Source of the DNA: a virus
Reading direction: 5' to 3' (one strand)
IMG/VR virus record: IMGVR_UViG_3300000233_000003
Span: 1-47,771 of that record
DNA length: 47,771 nucleotides
Shown here: in pieces, positions 41,852 to 47,771 of the stretch
Layout of the letters: every line of letters begins with the position of its first letter
Numbering within the stretch: the first letter of the stretch is position 1
The notes under the pieces: generated by a model
The model's input: the letters and a program-made list of their open reading frames with translations, nothing else
What the model was told of the DNA's origin: nothing
Database searches by the model: none
Made by a program: the position numbers and the translations under genes

Positions 41852-43825
41852 ATGGCTACTGATCAACAACAACCAGGCCCTGCAAAGGTTCTTAAGCTAA
41901 CAATAGCAGCACAGAAGTCTGTTCTTGACTTTGCATCTGAGATTCTATCCACTCATGGTGGCCAAGTAGAGATGCGGGAGAAGATGGACGCGATTGACAT
42001 AGCCTATGCACGCTATAAAGCAAAAGACGCCCAGGAATCAGATGGCGTAGACAACAGAGGAAACACTCCTTGCGCTAATGTCTTTGATGATGATGCTGTG
42101 ACTCCGCCCCTCGTAGTATCTCAAGTGGATTCCTACACAGCTTACCTTGCTGATGTGTTCCTTTCAGGCTATCCTCTCTTTCCAGTGGTTTCTAATCCCT
42201 CGAATAAGAAATACGCTGAGCAGCTGGAGACTCTCTTAGATGACCATGCTTCCCTGGGAGGCTATGTTCGCCAGCTACTGCTCTTTATCCGTGACGGGGT
42301 CAAGTATAACTACTCTGCTATCGAAGCGGATTGGGATGCTATCGAGCAGTTTTCTTCTATGGGGGACTTTGAGTCAGGTACTGGCCGTAAGATTACACGT
42401 AGCAAGAAGTACTTCACTAAGATCAAACGCTTGAATATGCGTAATGTTGTTCGTGATCCTGATGTGGCTATTGGGGATATCTCAGAGCAAGGTGATTATG
42501 CTGGCTACATTGAGCTTATCTCCAAGACCAAACTGAAGCGGCTTCTTAACAAACTTACTGACAGCGGGGATGTTTATAATGCTGACAAAGCTATGCTGGC
42601 TGGTGCTGGGACTTCTACTTTCTCCAACTATACTGATGATCCTCTTATTTCTGATTACGTAACGAATATTGGCATTGGCAGGAATGGTGTTAATTGGGAT
42701 GCTTACTTTGAGCCAGAGAAGATCTCATCTCGTCGTGGTACAGCCTATGGGACAATGTATGAGAAGTTTACCTTGTATGCTCGTATCATGCCTGCGGAGT
42801 TCGGCATCACTGCTCCTCAGAAGAACACTCCGCAAATCTGGAAGTTCATTATTATTAATGGCTCCATTCTTATCGCTGCTAAACGCATTATCTCTGCCTA
42901 TGATTATCTGCCTATTCTCTTTGGGCAACCTTTAGAGGATGGCCTTGGAGATCAAACGCAGTCTGTTGCGGAAGGTGAGATTCCATTCCAGAAGGCTGCT
43001 TCTACCTTATTTAATATAAGGTTCTCTTCGGCGCGCCGGGCTGTCTCTGACAGGGCTTTATATGATCCATCTTTTATGGATGAGAAGGATGTTAATAGTA
43101 AGGGTGCGGCTCCTAAGATCCCTGTGCGGATTGGGGCTCTTGCTAACAAGAAGCTATCGGATGTCTATCATCAGCTTCCTTTCGATAGCCGTGGGATGGA
43201 CAATGTAATTGCTGATGCACAGACTATTGTATCCTTCTCCAAGGAGCTGCATGGTCTGAATAATGCACGGCAAGGGCAGTTCCAAAAAGGTAATAAGAGT
43301 GTGACTGAGTGGACAGATACTATGGCTGCCTCAGATAATCGCTCACGGTTGCCGGCCCTGTGCTTGGAGCACCAAGTATTCTCCCCACTGAAGTCTATTC
43401 TGACTTTGAATATCTTCCAATATGGAGAGGATGCAGCTGTTGTTTCCCAGAAGACTGGTGAGGTTATTAAGATTGATCTGGCTGTGCTGAGGCAACAAGT
43501 ATTGGCTTTCAGGATAGCTGACGGCGTGACTCCTAAGAGTAAGCTTGCTTCTACAGAAGCCATCACTGGGATCTTGCAGCTCATTTCCACTTCTCCTATC
43601 CTGCAACAGGCCTATGGTCAGATGCTGCCTGCTATGGTTGCCCACTTGGCGCAGCTGCAAGGAGTTCGGGGCTTGGAGGAGTATGATCCAAACTACGCAG
43701 CTCCTACTCCCCCGGCTGCTTTGCAACAAGCTTCTTTAGCAGCTCCTATGCAGGCTGGTCCCGCTCCGCTTCCCGCTCCTATTCCAGGTGCTACTATGCC
43801 TGCTCCTGCTTCTCCTATTCCTTAA
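41852..43825 (+). CDS. Portal (head-tail connector) protein (657 aa)
   Basis: Size and position directly after terL and before scaffold and capsid. Pro/Ala-rich disordered C-terminal tail. No homology search was done. Confidence 0.65.
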   Translation: MATDQQQPGPAKVLKLTIAAQKSVLDFASEILSTHGGQVEMREKMDAIDIAYARYKAKDAQESDGVDNRGNTPCANVFDDDAVTPPLVVSQVDSYTAYLADVFLSGYPLFPVVSNPSNKKYAEQLETLLDDHASLGGYVRQLLLFIRDGVKYNYSAIEADWDAIEQFSSMGDFESGTGRKITRSKKYFTKIKRLNMRNVVRDPDVAIGDISEQGDYAGYIELISKTKLKRLLNKLTDSGDVYNADKAMLAGAGTSTFSNYTDDPLISDYVTNIGIGRNGVNWDAYFEPEKISSRRGTAYGTMYEKFTLYARIMPAEFGITAPQKNTPQIWKFIIINGSILIAAKRIISAYDYLPILFGQPLEDGLGDQTQSVAEGEIPFQKAASTLFNIRFSSARRAVSDRALYDPSFMDEKDVNSKGAAPKIPVRIGALANKKLSDVYHQLPFDSRGMDNVIADAQTIVSFSKELHGLNNARQGQFQKGNKSVTEWTDTMAASDNRSRLPALCLEHQVFSPLKSILTLNIFQYGEDAAVVSQKTGEVIKIDLAVLRQQVLAFRIADGVTPKSKLASTEAITGILQLISTSPILQQAYGQMLPAMVAHLAQLQGVRGLEEYDPNYAAPTPPAALQQASLAAPMQAGPAPLPAPIPGATMPAPASPIP

Positions 43826-43834
43826 GGTCTTACA

Positions 43835-44080
43835 ATGAATTCAACTCTTCTTCCCACTTCTGAACTCTCTGCCACTGAGAAGACTATTATTGTCAAGTCC
43901 TTTTCTGATCCTGCTGTACAGAAGTATTTGCAGAATCTAGCAAAGGAAATCATCATGGACATTGTATCTGGTGAGCCACAGATCAATGAAACAGCAGAAT
44001 CTTATCTTCGCAGGCAAGCAACTGTGAAAGGTAGATTGGAAGTCATCAACACGCTTCTATTAATCCAAGCTGCCCCTTAA
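43835..44080 (+). CDS. Second copy of 255..500 (hypothetical, 81 aa)
   Basis: Identical translation. Confidence 0.75.
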   Translation: MNSTLLPTSELSATEKTIIVKSFSDPAVQKYLQNLAKEIIMDIVSGEPQINETAESYLRRQATVKGRLEVINTLLLIQAAP

Positions 44081-44110
44081 GCAGTATTTCTTTCTTTAAC
44101 GGAGTCTTTT

Positions 44111-44812
44111 ATGTCCTTCTCTCTTTCTTCTTTGAATCCTTTTGCCTCTAAAGCCCCTGAGCAACAAACTCAGCAACAGCCACCTTCTAATGCCCCTGCT
44201 AATAATAACCCAGGTGCCACACTTCCCAATAGTGCCAATCTTGACCAAAAGCCTGTTGATCCTCTGGCTCCTTTTGCTAAGATGTATGATACTGCCAAAG
44301 AAGCTGATACTCCTCCTCAGTTTGCCTTGGATAATACTGCCCTAACTACTGCTGCTAGTTCATTGAACTTCATGCAAGGTGCGGATCCTGCTACTATGCA
44401 GCGAGCAAAACAAGGGGACAGTGAAGCTATTCTGCAGCTGATGGAACATGCTAGCCGTACCGCGTATCAACACGCATTATCGCATAGTTCCGTGCTTACG
44501 AATAAGTTTACTGATGCGAGAGAAGCCTTCAACAACAAAGGATTTAGTGGTAAGGTTAAGAGCGAACTGACTGTTAATGCTCTGACAGGTACTGCTAATT
44601 TCGATCACCCAGTAGTTCGTAAAGAACTAGTCAAAGTAGCTGGCGAAATGCAACGTCAACATCCTGATGCTTCTCCACAAGAAGTAGCTACGATGGCGAA
44701 AGATTACATCACCCAGCTCAGCAGGGCCGTTAACCCTGAATCTAAGCAGAATCAAAGATCATCTCAACCTCAGGCTACTGATTGGGATACTTATTTTGAT
44801 TCTGAAGGTTAA
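44111..44812 (+). CDS. Second copy of 531..1232 (putative scaffolding protein)
   Basis: Identical translation. Confidence 0.55.
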   Translation: MSFSLSSLNPFASKAPEQQTQQQPPSNAPANNNPGATLPNSANLDQKPVDPLAPFAKMYDTAKEADTPPQFALDNTALTTAASSLNFMQGADPATMQRAKQGDSEAILQLMEHASRTAYQHALSHSSVLTNKFTDAREAFNNKGFSGKVKSELTVNALTGTANFDHPVVRKELVKVAGEMQRQHPDASPQEVATMAKDYITQLSRAVNPESKQNQRSSQPQATDWDTYFDSEG

Positions 44813-44858
44813 TATTCCATCCTCCCTGTTCTTCTACCTTTCTTTATAGGAAACTACC

Positions 44859-46058
44859 ATGCCTCTCGCAACTGGTGTCTTTAATGCCAATACTGGCAAT
44901 CCTGCTGAACTGAATCAACGTAGCTTTGCTGCACAAATTCTGCGTCGCTTCCCCAATGGCTCTGCCCCTATGTTTGCTCTGACTTCTCAGTCAGGCCGTA
45001 GCAAGGCGAAATCTTCTACCCATGGTTACTTCTCCAAGACCATGACCTTCATCACAGCTACTCTTGCGGCTGGCGTTTTGATTGGTGCTACTAACATTGT
45101 TGTTCCTACTACTGTTGGCATGGTAGCTGGGATGGTTTTGTATAATGTGCGCACACTGGAGAATGTACGTGTTACAGCAGTGGTTGACGCTACTAATATC
45201 ACAGTTACCCGAGCCTTTGGCCGTGTGGCAGCTGCTGCTATGAACATCGGTGATAAGCTCCTGCATGTTGGTACAGCATTTGAAGAAGGTTCTCAACGTC
45301 CTGCAGCTCGTCGTCTGACCACTGAGTATGTTTCTAACTTTACTCAGATCTTCCGTAATGCCTGGGCACTGACTGATACTGCTCGTGCTTCCTACGCTGA
45401 GATGGGTATTAGCAACATTGCAGAGAATAAGCAAGACTGCACAATGTTCCACTCGATGGATATTGAGTCTGCTATTATCTGGGGGCAGGCCAAGATGGAT
45501 ACTACTGGCGCCACCCCAATGCACTCCACGCAAGGTGTTCTGGATGCCATTGAACAGTATTGCCCAGAGAACAGCAATGCGGCAGCTGCTACTACCTCCT
45601 ATGACCAGTTGGTTAGTCTGGTTGAGCCGGCCTTCAAGTACTCTGTGAACGTTGGTAATCCTAAAGAGCGTATTGCCTTTGGTGATTCACTGGCTATCAA
45701 GGTGCTGAATCAAATCGGTCGTGCTAATGGTCAGATCACAATGACTAATAGCGAAACCAAGTTTGGTATGAAGTATACCAGCTTCCAGTTCTACAAAGGT
45801 ACTATCAACCTGGTTGAGCATCCTTTGATGAATGGTCTGGGCTTGACTGGCCAGTTGCTGGTTATGGACATGGCTGCTTTGAAGCTGGCTTATATGGATG
45901 GCCGTGATACTGTCCCAGAAAGCTACGGAACTGGCGCCACTGGTTCTTCTACTGGTGTGGATGCAGTAGGCGGCTCGCTGACCACAGAATGTGCTGTGGA
46001 ACTGATCAGCCCCTTCTCTTGCGCCTATATCACTGGCTTGACAGCTGGCGTGGCCTAA
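44859..46058 (+). CDS. Second copy of 1279..2478 (major capsid protein)
   Basis: Identical translation. Confidence 0.7.
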   Translation: MPLATGVFNANTGNPAELNQRSFAAQILRRFPNGSAPMFALTSQSGRSKAKSSTHGYFSKTMTFITATLAAGVLIGATNIVVPTTVGMVAGMVLYNVRTLENVRVTAVVDATNITVTRAFGRVAAAAMNIGDKLLHVGTAFEEGSQRPAARRLTTEYVSNFTQIFRNAWALTDTARASYAEMGISNIAENKQDCTMFHSMDIESAIIWGQAKMDTTGATPMHSTQGVLDAIEQYCPENSNAAAATTSYDQLVSLVEPAFKYSVNVGNPKERIAFGDSLAIKVLNQIGRANGQITMTNSETKFGMKYTSFQFYKGTINLVEHPLMNGLGLTGQLLVMDMAALKLAYMDGRDTVPESYGTGATGSSTGVDAVGGSLTTECAVELISPFSCAYITGLTAGVA

Positions 46059-46090
46059 TCCTTTTCCCTGATCTGGGCAATCATAGGGAA

Positions 46091-46150
46091 CCCGCTATAG
46101 GTTAGGGTGCGACTCCCACCAAACAACGGCCTATAGCGGGCTTTTCCTTC
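46091..46150 (+). terminator. Second copy of the capsid-gene terminator
   Basis: Same sequence as 2511..2570. Confidence 0.55.
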
Positions 46151-46168
46151 TTACTTTGAAAGACTAGC

Positions 46169-46420
46169 ATGACTACTATCGCAGAAAAACTGGCTGCTTC
46201 TAAAGCCGCTGCCGAAGCAAAAGATCCTTCTACGGATAACAAAGAACCTAAGGTCGCAGGCTACATCAGCATGCGTCTGAAACGTTTCGTGAATAACAAG
46301 GGTGTCTTTGTTTATCCTAATGAAGATGGTACCTTCGTCCCCAAGACGCAGGAAGAGTATGATGCACTTGAGCATTATGCTGATGCCAATATGAACTACG
46401 TAGCTCGTACTCCGGAGTAA
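46169..46420 (+). CDS. Second copy of 2589..2840 (hypothetical, 83 aa)
   Basis: Identical translation. Confidence 0.7.
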   Translation: MTTIAEKLAASKAAAEAKDPSTDNKEPKVAGYISMRLKRFVNNKGVFVYPNEDGTFVPKTQEEYDALEHYADANMNYVARTPE

Positions 46421-46423
46421 GCT

Positions 46424-46990
46424 ATGAACTTCAATGGAGTTGTTGCTGAAGTCTTGTCTGCTGTAAAAAGGCCAGATAAGGTTTCTTCCATTCATAGGGA
46501 AGTTAATCAAGCAATTAACTTCTTCAGTTCAAATCAGAACTTTTCGAGGGATCTCATAGAGATCCTTCTTCCTATTGTAGCTACTGATTATACGCAAGCA
46601 CTTCCTTTCACTAGCCTTCCAAGGTATAGGAAAGTAAAGTATATTAAGCGGGGAGGTACTAAAGAGTATCTCTCGCTGCTATCTACTAAAGAGCTAGGCT
46701 CCTCCTGTGATCACAAAGATAAGTACTACATAGCTGGCGCTGGCATTAACATTGCAATGACAAAGCTGGCCACTGCTGTTGATATTGGCTTCTACCAGTA
46801 CCCACCTACATTAACAGTAAGCTCACCGGAATTTTGGCTATTAGAACAAGGCTGGCCTATGGTATTCAATAGGGCTACTGCTAAGGTCTTTGCTGATATT
46901 GGGGATGATGCTTCTGCTAAGCTTCATGAAAGCTACGCACGCTTAGACTATCAATCCTTCTGCGATGACGTAGATAAAGATTTGGGATAA
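46424..46990 (+). CDS. Second copy of 2844..3410 (hypothetical virion protein, 188 aa)
   Basis: Identical translation. Confidence 0.4.
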   Translation: MNFNGVVAEVLSAVKRPDKVSSIHREVNQAINFFSSNQNFSRDLIEILLPIVATDYTQALPFTSLPRYRKVKYIKRGGTKEYLSLLSTKELGSSCDHKDKYYIAGAGINIAMTKLATAVDIGFYQYPPTLTVSSPEFWLLEQGWPMVFNRATAKVFADIGDDASAKLHESYARLDYQSFCDDVDKDLG

Positions 46991-46992
46991 GT

Positions 46993-47403
46993 ATGAACGA
47001 AAACAAGATGCGACGAGCGAATGATGATCTAGATATAGAGGCTATGATAGCACGAGAGGATGATGCTTCACGTAGAGCATTGCTTCTTGTGCTCTCGTCG
47101 TTGGCAACTAATGTAGCTGCTAATACAAGAACAACAGAAAGCGTAAGCGCTAGCCTGCAAGCCCATCTAGCAACCTTTAATTCCCATGTTGAAGAAAATG
47201 CCATGGTTATCAATAATTGGAGAGGGGCTAGCAAAGTTATTACTTGGCTTCTTGGTATCATTCAGATGGTGGTAATCTCTGCTATCATACATATCTCAAC
47301 TAGGTTCTCTTCCATAGAATCAGACATAGTAAACCTGAAAATAATAGCTGCTGCTAACCATGAGCGGGCTCTTACTAATGGTGTAACTAAGACAACTCCA
47401 TAA
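46993..47403 (+). CDS. Second copy of 3413..3823 (hypothetical, 136 aa)
   Basis: Identical translation. Confidence 0.65.
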   Translation: MNENKMRRANDDLDIEAMIAREDDASRRALLLVLSSLATNVAANTRTTESVSASLQAHLATFNSHVEENAMVINNWRGASKVITWLLGIIQMVVISAIIHISTRFSSIESDIVNLKIIAAANHERALTNGVTKTTP

Positions 47404-47411
47404 GGTATATC

Positions 47412-47771
47412 ATGCCTGCTTATAACCCGCCATTTATAACTCCCGGTTCTGGGGCTGGCTCAGCCAATAGCAATGGGGAGACAATAGTAGGATTTGACGT
47501 TTCCTATGGGGCATCTGACTGCGTAATAGTAGAACCATTAGCAGCTCTAGGAGAGATAATTTTTGCACTCAATGGAGATCTTGTGGTGCAGGATAAGAAG
47601 TGCCTGCCGCCTCAGATTATAATAACTCCAAAAGTTCTTGTAGATAATAGCGAGCCTATTACCACACCCGCTACTCCTAATCCAAATGAGCCAGTAGTTG
47701 AACCTACCACCCCTAATCCTGCAGAGCCTACTAGGCCATATACTGGTCTCACTTATAGTGAAATGTACATA
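47412..47771 (+). CDS. Second copy of the Asp-box tail protein gene, 3'-truncated by the window end
   Basis: Same sequence as 3832..4191. The reading frame runs off the window. Confidence 0.6.
   Translation, partial: MPAYNPPFITPGSGAGSANSNGETIVGFDVSYGASDCVIVEPLAALGEIIFALNGDLVVQDKKCLPPQIIITPKVLVDNSEPITTPATPNPNEPVVEPTTPNPAEPTRPYTGLTYSEMYI

Larger units (their letters stand above)
43581..47771. repeat. Right copy of the 4,191-bp duplication (same as 1..4191)
   Basis: See the left copy. The offset is exactly 43,580. Confidence 0.93.

Overview
The window is one complete tailed dsDNA phage genome with podovirus-like gene order, read past its own start. Bases 1..4191 recur, apparently exactly, at 43581..47771, so the unique unit is 43,580 bp.

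There are two transcription arms:
- The + strand arm runs from 38253, across the wrap point, to 20328. It holds two small promoter/terminator-bounded early cassettes, then terS, terL, portal, scaffold, major capsid with a terminator, tail and fibre genes, a GH108 endolysin with a holin-like gene, a 997-aa tail protein and three internal virion proteins ending in a 1,797-aa giant.
- The - strand arm runs from 37489 to 20407. It holds about 28 early and replication genes: RecD-like helicase, RHH protein, MazG-like NTP pyrophosphohydrolase, Cas4-like PD-(D/E)XK nuclease, AAA_24/Sak4-like ATPase, DUF669-like SSB candidate, family A DNA polymerase, DUF3987-like P-loop helicase, DHH/DHHA1 phosphoesterase and a RyR-domain protein.

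The arms diverge at a 763-bp non-coding region (37490..38252) and converge on a hairpin at 20359..20395. I recognised no phage RNA polymerase, primase, integrase, tRNA, rRNA or CRISPR array.

Most interesting observations:
- A family of C-GAA-G triloop mini-hairpins (three are exact GCGAAGC) around the divergent region.
- Tandem near-consensus sigma70 promoters driving an isolated unknown 194-aa gene.
- A consensus-like internal promoter placed so close to an SD-less ATG that the transcript should be leaderless, just downstream of an RHH gene.
- A tentative ADP-ribosyltransferase-like segment in the giant ejected protein.
- A DHH phosphoesterase plus RyR-domain pair at the end of the early arm.
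- Duplicated receptor-binding modules and an Asp-box (sialidase-like) tail protein.
- A recurring AEKLAAKK-type peptide in several otherwise unrelated proteins.

All functional calls come from motifs read by eye. No database search was run.
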